From the IMG/VR virus record IMGVR_UViG_3300029024_000001: a stretch of 64,000 bases of DNA; one strand, written 5' to 3'. Both the position numbers and the translations under genes were made by a program. Origin of the DNA: a virus. The stretch's first letter is position 1; each line of letters begins with the position of its first letter. The notes under the pieces were generated by a model. It was given only the letters and a program-made list of their open reading frames with translations, ran no database searches and was not told the origin of the DNA. Positions 20,201-26,606 of the stretch are shown here, piece after piece.

Positions 20201-20923
20201 TGGCTACTTAGAAGGGCTGCCGGCATAACCTCTATCCCGGAAGGAGAAGAGGTTTATGTAGAGGGAGATGAGGTTAATAGTATTATGACCGATATGGAAT
20301 CAAGGTATGGTATAGACACCATCAATCACTCGCATACGACTAAGGCTATAAGGGACCTTAACGGCGTATCAGGTTATAAAGTAGAATACGGCTTAACCTT
20401 TTTGACATACGATCCTTTTATTAGAATATCCAATCTAAGGAAAGGATCTAAGGCTGCGAAAGACGAACCTCGTATATCCGAAGAGTCGCTTACTCACATA
20501 TCAAGGGTGACAACCCCTTATTTCCTGTACGGCGGCGATGAAGCATATACATCTGTTCCGGCTAAGGTAGAACCTATACCGGAGAAGATAATGGGTCGTA
20601 ATGGCATTAAATTTGGTATGAGTGTAGTCGAGTTAACCAAATTAGGGTACAAAAAAGCTGGTGGAAACTGGATATATAAATTCTATATGAACTCAGGTGT
20701 GTATGATTTGTATAATATCAGTACCGGTGAAGCGTTTAGGGCAAAACCGGATCTTGGAGTTAAGATAAGTTCCAGCGCATTCATCCGTTCTTTATCTCAA
20801 TCTGGTAGGAAAATACAAAATATGATTAGTAATATGAGCCAGGAAGAGATAGATAGGAATAAGAATCTTGTAGAAGGTTCTGATAATTCGGATTCGATAA
20901 ATGAGTTAAATAAGGAGTGTTAA
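14279..20923 (+). CDS. Giant virion-associated protein of 2214 aa. It may be a cargo, ejection or RNA-polymerase-like protein of the kind crAss-like phages carry, but I could not confirm a catalytic motif.
   Basis: It is a 6.6-kb ORF with coiled-coil-rich segments. I could not find a confident DxDGD motif by eye. Confidence 0.6.
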   Translation: MATDSNVNRYNPAAKTTYEDVARQRKLAEEENYTPATLPETTTPLVPNYMPGEGVYAQPEFPDYASRIAAAQYEEPYIAKEISNSYSEALARNSYRGATPAPPPLNPYGPKVSIRESHQMGNDGVWRTKYPNYIPGINNEDYYARRQSGWSKFWNGVGKFALKSALYGAQGTISLPDKLINMASEGSYKAALNTNMDKFVGDLDQRIDMLLPHYYKKEVEDYNFGQKLFKDTGNFLWNDVLGNGMSFTVGAMISAYMTGGLGVGSLGNIGAKLGGRVGAKLAARQAANRGIGSLKSVFNDYVRKGVATGRNVGEAAKTMTLLATSAGFESSVEANSFMKQSESDFKDYYRKIYGRDPNAEEMAVFRNSNADVGSAIFAANMGIVGLSNWLLFGKYIGLGGKAIPGLEKKLNKHLFGLGTEVTKPGEMAIKITNPNIGQKIAGNVFNIMKRPVSEGLWEEGSQGAVQNTAEEYVKSRYDNVAMNGAVDVLDAISEGFKKQYTSKEGWTEIGIGAIIGSLFGMREGFFGVKEYSNSRILLERQVNEYNKASSNLNTAALNTLKKSMSLGPQVRSDAQSMTGKELDDAMFEKMSIDNQMGTLEDSAENFRQMIDMMPISEIAEANGMSLEEAKKYKDSIIDNYNNRLSDFRSAQSFAEDLIGDDSKIEFRKYVARNAFLGLQSESRMKDIASVIETLSGQPRVADALSTFSRLSGRARERAMAIRGIRSRIEELESEIEDLATRPRNVDGKDPQAESIQRKTKELEDLRTNYNNSLSELSTLIGKEFSIEELVSKTESVLSSPLSPISSQDVIEAYDTLVAFDDYFNVKSRQEKEFTAKDKAMRSLVNEYRRSLIDYRNMNNFLSKMLDKRFLAEENRGFLKALSSLWSTPYKEDDKVPDFAEPNKVGEYDTDEVVDQAMSEGKISEDEAWTIKAFMHALDKVREDRVKEAEDNIKESPLTESVSDEDYEAAMDNPIMVPVVRQSIIDKLYTGNADLLTAREKDVYDKHKQDFDDYVSSLGDSPINLIKSLFERADRLTSPRSVYEENKTVIDMAKSNLEPDQRQELDDAISSYVDIMNRRDKGEKVDEDKLADSVFTIEDLGQVGNITDLLPYIEQNRIIDKGRISESTLSNFGEDDVNIDSLVNELDESDNTPGANIDSAQNPETLMVRIISNDGNERYEIAGLRADKFVSSIKSLVPIQISSETNANGTKRYSLNIGGETANIMELPYHARWSIDKESARVLNRYTDVSIQDVGNSYSLVYKRLDSDELVPYRTGVGFGENEVDKIDQEALSSLKKGDKVNLEIDANDTYNQSLFAEYNDAVQSGDKKRIESAENKLVSNMVIKVMSGNRFVSVVKADTGGIDGISKIRRTAFNKWKKDAGRSATIGVGTHVVAQTLPGRPVFNMRVNGQGYGQVENLPITEKGAEKVSDVGYVLNGKVVLKNGSKYTGFPFAYSILNDKGNNYKNVRVPVVVIKGKNGLNYLFPVSLRSVESEEGRKWMSFIDMLLESGDSELLQMGQDDIQDLNAYLTKLGLDPASYQVSYLNPISGLRKAREAIEELSTVPDVVKWVEDGSRSVKDIVTSEVESGIDFEGEMFVAPKIRIQFGKSSSRPKSLIEDDLPFSDEGKTVTSKEDVDVYEEEMPEEGAVRETQPAPLAQPTPAAQAARSLPGKKRTSRKNFSLMLNEIESHIEKEGLPSYANIFDFIARKIVGGDLRFLRERGNPKSLKEEMGLEPKGTVGDKISTPSSKGGKTLEEYVSWLRSQTDQVVVDYVGPRSDEQIISELKNFLKYINFVPSKALNYSLRVNGMDTLKEYGTKEEVEKMESDINSLVSKVLPTVDNKTVEDVSTAIKSNNLPAIWEPVESLDMTNEEKIEFLNNVADFLSGIPEYDAVVESIESESDNILNDGKEGSAEGGAVRTEEDGDKKGDGEGKGQSRTNVEVERNVELPGSEEGRVDNYRKNGDKFSDIAEVTLWLLRRAAGITSIPEGEEVYVEGDEVNSIMTDMESRYGIDTINHSHTTKAIRDLNGVSGYKVEYGLTFLTYDPFIRISNLRKGSKAAKDEPRISEESLTHISRVTTPYFLYGGDEAYTSVPAKVEPIPEKIMGRNGIKFGMSVVELTKLGYKKAGGNWIYKFYMNSGVYDLYNISTGEAFRAKPDLGVKISSSAFIRSLSQSGRKIQNMISNMSQEEIDRNKNLVEGSDNSDSINELNKEC

Positions 20924-20962
20924 GTATGAGAAGGAGATTTTTTTAATGCTGCGGATAATTTT

Positions 20963-21457
20963 GTGGGAGGATGTTATAATAAGTTATCCAATGAAGATAT
21001 AAAAAGGCTTGGAGGAAAAAGACCTTATGTATGTCAGTTTAATAAAATTCATATACATATAGGACCTGTATTAAAAGATCATGATTCTGATGTTAGTTAC
21101 ATAATGTTTAATAGTAATTGGAATTATGGTGGTTATGAATCTATGGTTTATAATCATAGCAATAATGGTATTTTTATATTAGGTGAAAACAAAATTGGTA
21201 ACATAGAAGATCATATACAAGATCTAACATATTGGTACGAATATGATCCAAGCATTAATGAAAATTATTGTTATTTTTATTATGAGGCTAATAACAGCGG
21301 AAATGCTATCAAGTTGAATGGTGAGTTTGGTGATACCAGTACTGTTTTCAACATTCCCAGCTTGGAAGTCACCACTCTTCGTGATGGCAGTTTGAGTTTT
21401 CCGGAGATTTATATAGAAGGAATTTGGGATCCGTCATTGTATAAGTCGGTTTTATAA
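20963..21457 (+). CDS. Hypothetical protein. The start is uncertain.
   Basis: It is a 164-aa ORF. The tool start is GTG and lies inside a TAATTTTG promoter-like motif at 20957-20964, so the true start may be downstream. Confidence 0.4.
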   Translation: MGGCYNKLSNEDIKRLGGKRPYVCQFNKIHIHIGPVLKDHDSDVSYIMFNSNWNYGGYESMVYNHSNNGIFILGENKIGNIEDHIQDLTYWYEYDPSINENYCYFYYEANNSGNAIKLNGEFGDTSTVFNIPSLEVTTLRDGSLSFPEIYIEGIWDPSLYKSVL

Positions 21458-21482
21458 TTAACTTTGCAAAAAAGTTAATTAC
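21455..21482 (+). promoter_or_regulatory. Perfect 11-bp inverted repeat taattaacttt/aaagttaatta with a 6-nt spacer. It overlaps the -7 motif TAACTTTG at 21459-21466 and sits immediately 5' of the ATG at 21484.
   Basis: It is an exact palindrome overlapping a promoter consensus, which makes it a candidate operator or attenuator. Confidence 0.5.
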
Positions 21483-21483
21483 A

Positions 21484-23742
21484 ATGGGTGTCAAATGTCA
21501 GATAGAAAAAAAGGAAAATGAAATAAAACGGGTTAAGGCTCCTAACGGGGAGCCTTCCGTTCTTTACGAAAGTGCTTTAAAAGTATTAGGAAACAGCGAG
21601 CGGGCCCTTCAGGTATGGGCTAAGGCTTACACTCCTGGTTTTTTGTCGTATTACGGTCATTGGAATAACCCGGCTCCAGGGGAGATGTTTAACACCGATC
21701 CCAATGGCGAACCTCTTTTAGAAGATGTGCTGTCGTATATGAAGCGTCAGACTTATTTTGCTGATCCTTTAACGGCTCAGGACATTAAGGATGTAAGGGA
21801 TTTCCTTTTGTCTACTCATTATTTTTTCAATGCGTCTTCATTGTCTAATGCTATTCTCTTCGATTTTTATGTAGATGGCAGTTTGATACTGAATGAGCAG
21901 AAATTAAGGAGATCCGGTTTGTATGATGAAACAGAAATAAGTCGTATTTTATCCGATCCTTCTGTTTTAAACGAGGTTTCGACTTCCATGAGAAAGTTAA
22001 TAGATTCTTCTATTAACGAACATGATAGGGAAAAAGATAATTATTTTATGTCTATTGACTATCAGTATGGTCCTATTGTTTACAAGGAGGGAGTGTTTAA
22101 CCAATTTGGTAAAAAAGTACCATATAATCCTTCTGAGCTTTATTGGGCTATGGGCAAAACAGTAGCCGGCATAAAAAACTTTTCTGAATTTTCATCTGCT
22201 TTTGAATCGTTGAGAAACTCATACCCTGAACTGGTTGAGAAATTCGTTTCTGATAAAGAATTTGCCGAATCTATGTTTGATGAGTTCTCATCTACGAATA
22301 AGATTCCGGTAATAAACATAGAAGGGGATGATGTGGTAGAAGGCAAGAGAAGATCCTTGTCTAAGCTACAAGATCTGTCTTATTACAATTCCGGCAAAAT
22401 AGAGTTCCTAAGAGCTCGTATATCAGCTTATTTACATAGGGCTAATGCCGACACCGAATCCGACTTAAGAAGCATGATATGGGATATAGAAGAGGCTTGT
22501 ACGTGGTTTGGCATAGATATAATAGGGACATCGGAAACTTATGATGGCACAGAAGAATCTTTGAATAAGATAGATAATTTGATGCTGGATCTTGATATTT
22601 ATGTGGCCAGGCATAATGATGTAAATTATGCTCCAACGCTGGCATCTTCTATAGATGATGTTCTTGGTGATAGCACAGATTATTATTTTGGATTATTACC
22701 GGAGTATATGGATAATTTGAATATCGTTTATTCTGAATCCGATATAGACCCAGTAGAGGCATTTGAGAAACATTCATTGCTTAAGGTAGGAGATAATCTA
22801 TATCAAAGGATCAGCAAAGATGATATTAACGAGATGTATCAAATATCAACAGTGTTAGCCAAGCACAACCTAACTCATTTTTCTACTAAAATATATCCTG
22901 AATCTTGTTTTAAGAACGGCGTTTTGGATAAAGAGAAAGTACGGAACGTAGATAATAATACGCTCATGGATTCCATTAAAAAATACGTCAGATCGTTCAT
23001 GGATTCTCAGAACACGGAGGACATGATAATGACCAGGATGGCGTTTGGACACCCGGCGGTACTTGACGTTCCTTACGTGGATGTGGATCGGGAGTATAGT
23101 CGATACATGAACAAAAAACAAGATAGCGAAAACCCATTATCCTTATTCGATTTATACCAATCTTACCTTGACAACAAACTCCATAAAACAAAATTATATG
23201 ATAATGCCTATAAGTATCTTGACTTCAAACCTGGTCCATCTTTGGGTCTTATTTCTGATGATCCTGATATTTTGAAATCAATAGAATTATCTTTATCTGG
23301 AAAAGACAGGTTGATGTTGTTTGATTATAGCATGACCAGTACCGACCCTTCTTTATCAGAATTGTTTTATTTGGAGAGGTATGACCCTTCGTATGCTGGG
23401 AATGATTTTGAACACTATTTTTACACCAGGCACCCGTATTTGTTAAAAGAAAAATCGGGTTCTAATATCGTAGAGCAAGATGGTGTTATAACAGCAGAAG
23501 GTATTTATGATAATTTTATAAGAGTAGGTAATAAGATATGGTCTAAAGTAAGCGAGAGTAGTTCCGGCTCTATCTACCAAAATCTGACAGGAACCGAATC
23601 GGAGGTGAAATACGATTCTACTCAGAAGGCTAAGACGGTAGAAACTGATTACGCTCCATACCAAAACAGATCTGGCTTGACGCAAGACATGACCGTAAGC
23701 AAGTCTGAATTGGATGATCTTAACAAATTGGAATGCAGGTAA
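21484..23742 (+). CDS. Large virion-associated protein of 752 aa
   Basis: It is a long ORF and a terminator-like hairpin lies downstream. Confidence 0.6.
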   Translation: MGVKCQIEKKENEIKRVKAPNGEPSVLYESALKVLGNSERALQVWAKAYTPGFLSYYGHWNNPAPGEMFNTDPNGEPLLEDVLSYMKRQTYFADPLTAQDIKDVRDFLLSTHYFFNASSLSNAILFDFYVDGSLILNEQKLRRSGLYDETEISRILSDPSVLNEVSTSMRKLIDSSINEHDREKDNYFMSIDYQYGPIVYKEGVFNQFGKKVPYNPSELYWAMGKTVAGIKNFSEFSSAFESLRNSYPELVEKFVSDKEFAESMFDEFSSTNKIPVINIEGDDVVEGKRRSLSKLQDLSYYNSGKIEFLRARISAYLHRANADTESDLRSMIWDIEEACTWFGIDIIGTSETYDGTEESLNKIDNLMLDLDIYVARHNDVNYAPTLASSIDDVLGDSTDYYFGLLPEYMDNLNIVYSESDIDPVEAFEKHSLLKVGDNLYQRISKDDINEMYQISTVLAKHNLTHFSTKIYPESCFKNGVLDKEKVRNVDNNTLMDSIKKYVRSFMDSQNTEDMIMTRMAFGHPAVLDVPYVDVDREYSRYMNKKQDSENPLSLFDLYQSYLDNKLHKTKLYDNAYKYLDFKPGPSLGLISDDPDILKSIELSLSGKDRLMLFDYSMTSTDPSLSELFYLERYDPSYAGNDFEHYFYTRHPYLLKEKSGSNIVEQDGVITAEGIYDNFIRVGNKIWSKVSESSSGSIYQNLTGTESEVKYDSTQKAKTVETDYAPYQNRSGLTQDMTVSKSELDDLNKLECR

Positions 23743-23748
23743 TTTTTG

Positions 23749-23764
23749 TATATATATATATATA
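23749..23764. repeat. (TA)8 dinucleotide microsatellite
   Basis: tatatatatatatata lies immediately after the stop of the 752-aa ORF. Confidence 0.8.
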
Positions 23765-23788
23765 GTTTTTTCATAGTTATAATTTGGG

Positions 23789-23820
23789 AAGTGAGGCTTG
23801 TGAAAGTCTCACTTTTCTTA
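23789..23820 (+). terminator. Terminator-like hairpin
   Basis: A 7-bp stem aagtgag/ctcactt is followed by ttcttatatat. Confidence 0.4.
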
Positions 23821-23886
23821 TATATGCACGTATATCAATAACATACAAGAAAAGTTAGATTTTCATTGTTTATGAATTATTTTTGT

Positions 23887-23894
23887 TAAGTTTG
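23887..23894 (+). promoter_or_regulatory. Bacteroidota -7 element TAAGTTTG
   Basis: It is a consensus match inside a roughly 700-bp region with no convincing ORF. A terminator follows about 360 nt downstream. Confidence 0.35.
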
Positions 23895-24253
23895 CAATAT
23901 TAGTTTCAGGAAGGGATTATGGAAATAAGGAAAAAGTAAGAACCGAACGTAACTAATAACAGTAGGAAATGAGAATCAGTACCATCAAACGTAACAACAG
24001 CATTCATCTTATGTATAAAAACATTATGAATGATTTAGGTCAATTAAGAACTGTAGTTTCAAAATCCTATATTTATAATCTGATACAAAATCAAACCGGA
24101 TTAAGTATCAGAACTATATCCCATGTACTTAACCATACCAAAGAACAGGATACGGATTCTTTGTGAAAAGCATGTATTTTCATACATTTGTTCGTTCTTT
24201 AGTTTTAGTAGGGAAAAGTTTTTCATGGTATTTTAGTTTAGATTAGTTGAGGC

Positions 24254-24283
24254 AGGATTCGCAGTGATGCGGATCCTGTTTTG
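24254..24283 (+). terminator. Intrinsic terminator
   Basis: A 10-bp stem with one G:U pair (aggattcgca/tgcggatcct) and a GTGA tetraloop is followed by gtttt. Confidence 0.55.
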
Positions 24284-24335
24284 ATTTACAGCGCTTTACC
24301 CAAAAAAGGAAAAGCGAAAGTTGCTGATTATCAAT

Positions 24336-24357
24336 TTTTCCCCATAAATGGGGAAAA
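24336..24357. repeat. Perfect 9-bp inverted repeat ttttcccca / tggggaaaa with a taaa loop
   Basis: It is an exact palindrome upstream of the 24502 gene. No U-tract follows on either strand. Confidence 0.6.
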
Positions 24358-24501
24358 CTACTCGTTGTATATTATATTTCCGTTTTTACTGAAAATCCTT
24401 CCATTTTATCGGAAACAAACTCAGCCTTGTTCCACCCTGCAATCATGATCTTTGTTACGTGCTTCATGCACGTATGTTTAACAATTAAATACTATAAAAT
24501 T

Positions 24502-25419
24502 ATGGGTGGTGATAAAATCGTCCTTTTAGATGGAGCCGGGGCTAACGGTGGTGGTGCAGCCACTAACGGTCTTCTTTCAATGATTCCCGGCATGTTTGCT
24601 AATTTGATAGGTGGCAATAAAATGGATCCGAATCTGGTGGCGGCTTTGATGAACGGTCGTAACAACCAGGACGGTTTCGGTGGGGCTAACGGTTGGTGGC
24701 TCTGGATAATTGTTTTGTTCTGGCTGTGGGGTGGACGCGGCTTCGGTAACGGTTTTGGAAATGGCGGTGATTGTTGCGCCAATGGTTTGCCGGCTCAGTT
24801 GAATAACGATTACGGTCGTGAACTTTTGATGCAGGCAATTCAAGGTAATCGTAGCGCCATAGATCAGATTGCTTCTGCTTTGAACTGTTCTACTACTCAA
24901 CTTCAGAACGCTATCTGCAACGTACAGGGTGCTATTGATAAAGTAGCTGGTCAGGTAGGTATGACTTCTCAGGCTGTTATCAACGCAGTTCAACAACAAG
25001 GTTGTGAAATAGGAAATCAAATCAGCTCTTGCTGCTGCAATCTGAGTTCGTTGATCAATCAAAGCACTTGCCAGACTCAGGGAATGATTACTCAGCAAGG
25101 TTTTGATAACCAGCTTCGCACGTTGGAACAAACCAATATCTTGCAGAATGGTCTCAACCAAGGTCTGGCTAACAATCGTGAGCAAGCTACAAGCCAATTC
25201 AATATCTTGTCTGCGAAACTTGATGCTCAATCTCAGCAAATTCAGAACGCTTTCTGTGATCTGGAAAAGAGGGAAATGCAGCATACGATCGATTCTTTGC
25301 GTGAGCAGAAACAGACGTTGGAATTGTTCACGGCACAGCAAGCTCAAACTCAAAACTCACATTTAAAGGTGATGGTAAAGAATCTTTTTCATTTAACAGA
25401 GCACTTGTTGAAAATTTAA
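24502..25419 (+). CDS. Gly/Asn/Gln/Cys-rich single-pass membrane protein with a C-terminal Q-rich coiled coil. Function unknown.
   Basis: The N-terminus has GAGANGGGAATNG-type repeats. There is a transmembrane segment, WWLWIIVLFWLW. CC and CCC clusters are present. The antisense 258-aa ORF is judged a low-complexity shadow. Confidence 0.45.
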   Translation: MGGDKIVLLDGAGANGGGAATNGLLSMIPGMFANLIGGNKMDPNLVAALMNGRNNQDGFGGANGWWLWIIVLFWLWGGRGFGNGFGNGGDCCANGLPAQLNNDYGRELLMQAIQGNRSAIDQIASALNCSTTQLQNAICNVQGAIDKVAGQVGMTSQAVINAVQQQGCEIGNQISSCCCNLSSLINQSTCQTQGMITQQGFDNQLRTLEQTNILQNGLNQGLANNREQATSQFNILSAKLDAQSQQIQNAFCDLEKREMQHTIDSLREQKQTLELFTAQQAQTQNSHLKVMVKNLFHLTEHLLKI

Positions 25420-25612
25420 TTGAGACATTTGAAACCATGCAGGATATATACTCCGATAATTATAGGCTTAAGGTTTATACTGGTAATTGCATAATTCAAT
25501 TGAACGTAAATCCAAAGGACCCCAGTGAATCCTTTTTTGACGTATATGATAGAGATGAGATGAAATTGATATACGGAATAAAGATCAGTATTCTGAAAGA
25601 AATGTTTATCAT

Positions 25613-25930
25613 ATGATTACCAAGCAGGACATACAAACAGCAGCATCGTATATTTTCCGAAGCAGTTTTGTCTCGGAGGACCAGGCAAGGAAAGCAATGG
25701 TAAAAGCCGGCAATAACGCTACCAAGATCCTCGTCAAGACCTTTAGAGGCAAGTTGTTCAAGAAAGCTTTTGAAAGAGCCCGTAGAGGAAAGGATATCAG
25801 TTCTTTTGAAAGACAGGAAAAAGAAAGTGGTTTCAATTTTCTACACAATCCTAATAATGGTCGTATGCAAAGCGGTCATATTATAATAGATGGAATTGGT
25901 CTTTTTAAACAAATAATTCATGAAAGGTAA
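25613..25930 (+). CDS. Hypothetical small basic protein of 105 aa
   Basis: It is an ORF in a small-gene cassette. Confidence 0.45.
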   Translation: MITKQDIQTAASYIFRSSFVSEDQARKAMVKAGNNATKILVKTFRGKLFKKAFERARRGKDISSFERQEKESGFNFLHNPNNGRMQSGHIIIDGIGLFKQIIHER

Positions 25931-26090
25931 AAAAGTTGATATTCGTTTAGGCAGAGGTCTGGCGAATCAGATTAAGATAAACAAAACCATCCCAGTGTCT
26001 CATAAACCAAAAGAAGAACGTCTAATGACTTTTATTTGTGGTGATGATATTGCTTCTCTTATAAAGCGGTTTGAAAACGAATCAAAGTAA
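25920..26090 (+). CDS. Hypothetical small protein of 56 aa, not in the ORF track
   Basis: An ATG at 25920 overlaps the previous stop by 11 nt. The product is MKGKKVDIRLGRG...FENESK. It ends 4 nt before a strong terminator. Confidence 0.35.
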   Translation: MKGKKVDIRLGRGLANQIKINKTIPVSHKPKEERLMTFICGDDIASLIKRFENESK

Positions 26091-26094
26091 TATA

Positions 26095-26128
26095 AAATCG
26101 GACATGTATCTTGTCCGATTTTTTTTTT
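26095..26128 (+). terminator. Strong intrinsic terminator
   Basis: A perfect 9-bp stem aaatcggac/gtccgattt with a 9-nt loop is followed by a T10 run. Confidence 0.65.
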
Positions 26129-26135
26129 ATATTTG
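26128..26135 (+). promoter_or_regulatory. Bacteroidota -7 element TATATTTG
   Basis: It is a consensus match ending 4 nt before the ATG at 26140, which implies a leaderless or near-leaderless mRNA. Confidence 0.4.
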
Positions 26136-26139
26136 CGCT

Positions 26140-26463
26140 ATGGCAAGAGGTTATTATTGGATACCGCAGACAGATGAAACGTTAAATGGCATAAGCTATT
26201 ACGTGACTAAGGTAGTAGGAGATATAGTGTTTGATACTAAACGAAAAAGAATAGTGTTTCAAACTACCAGGTATTTCCCAGTAGGCTCCGTATTCCATTT
26301 TACTCACAACTGCTTTAAATACGTCATAACCTGCCGACTTCGTAAGCCGGGGCTTTGGTTTGAAGCCAGGAGAGAGGATTCGGGCCCTATTTGCCCTGAA
26401 GATATTGAGCGCTTTGAATCGGGAAGGTTTATACACCGAGATGGGTACATGCATTACATATAA
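26140..26463 (+). CDS. Hypothetical protein of 107 aa
   Basis: I chose the start at the ATG after the terminator and promoter. The longer tool ORF from 26071 reads through the terminator hairpin. Confidence 0.5.
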   Translation: MARGYYWIPQTDETLNGISYYVTKVVGDIVFDTKRKRIVFQTTRYFPVGSVFHFTHNCFKYVITCRLRKPGLWFEARREDSGPICPEDIERFESGRFIHRDGYMHYI

Positions 26464-26471
26464 GCTGAACT

Positions 26472-26504
26472 TGACGATTTTTCGTCAGATTATATTTTTT
26501 TTTT
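26472..26504 (+). terminator. Intrinsic terminator
   Basis: A stem tgacg/cgtca is followed by a run of T10 or longer. Confidence 0.45.
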
Positions 26505-26516
26505 CATATTATTTTT

Positions 26517-26555
26517 AAGCCATCAGACTGAGAAGTTAGATGGCTTTATTTTCTA
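26517..26555 (+). terminator. Second tandem terminator-like hairpin
   Basis: A perfect 8-bp stem aagccatc/gatggctt is followed by tattttct. Confidence 0.4.
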
Positions 26556-26575
26556 TGATATGCTTGATTTTTAAC

Positions 26576-26583
26576 TACCTTTG
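26576..26583 (+). promoter_or_regulatory. Bacteroidota -7 element TACCTTTG
   Basis: It is a consensus match 23 nt upstream of the ATG at 26607. Confidence 0.45.
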
Positions 26584-26606
26584 TCTCATAACAAAAATGT
26601 TTTACT

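Noticed and set aside
23969-24166. A 65-aa ORF in the 23.7-24.5 kb spacer
   Set aside because: It is a low-complexity Asn/Ile/Ser-rich frame of an AT-rich region, 75 nt from the nearest promoter motif. It is more likely non-coding.
24577-25353. A 258-aa antisense ORF fully overlapping the Gly/Gln-rich gene
   Set aside because: It is Leu/Ser/Thr-rich, as the reverse-complement frame of a Q/N/G-rich gene typically is. It lies on the wrong strand for this block. It remains a small possibility.
26071-26139. An N-terminal extension of the 26140 gene, the tool start at 26071
   Set aside because: It would be translated straight through a perfect 9-bp terminator with a T10 run and the -7 promoter element.
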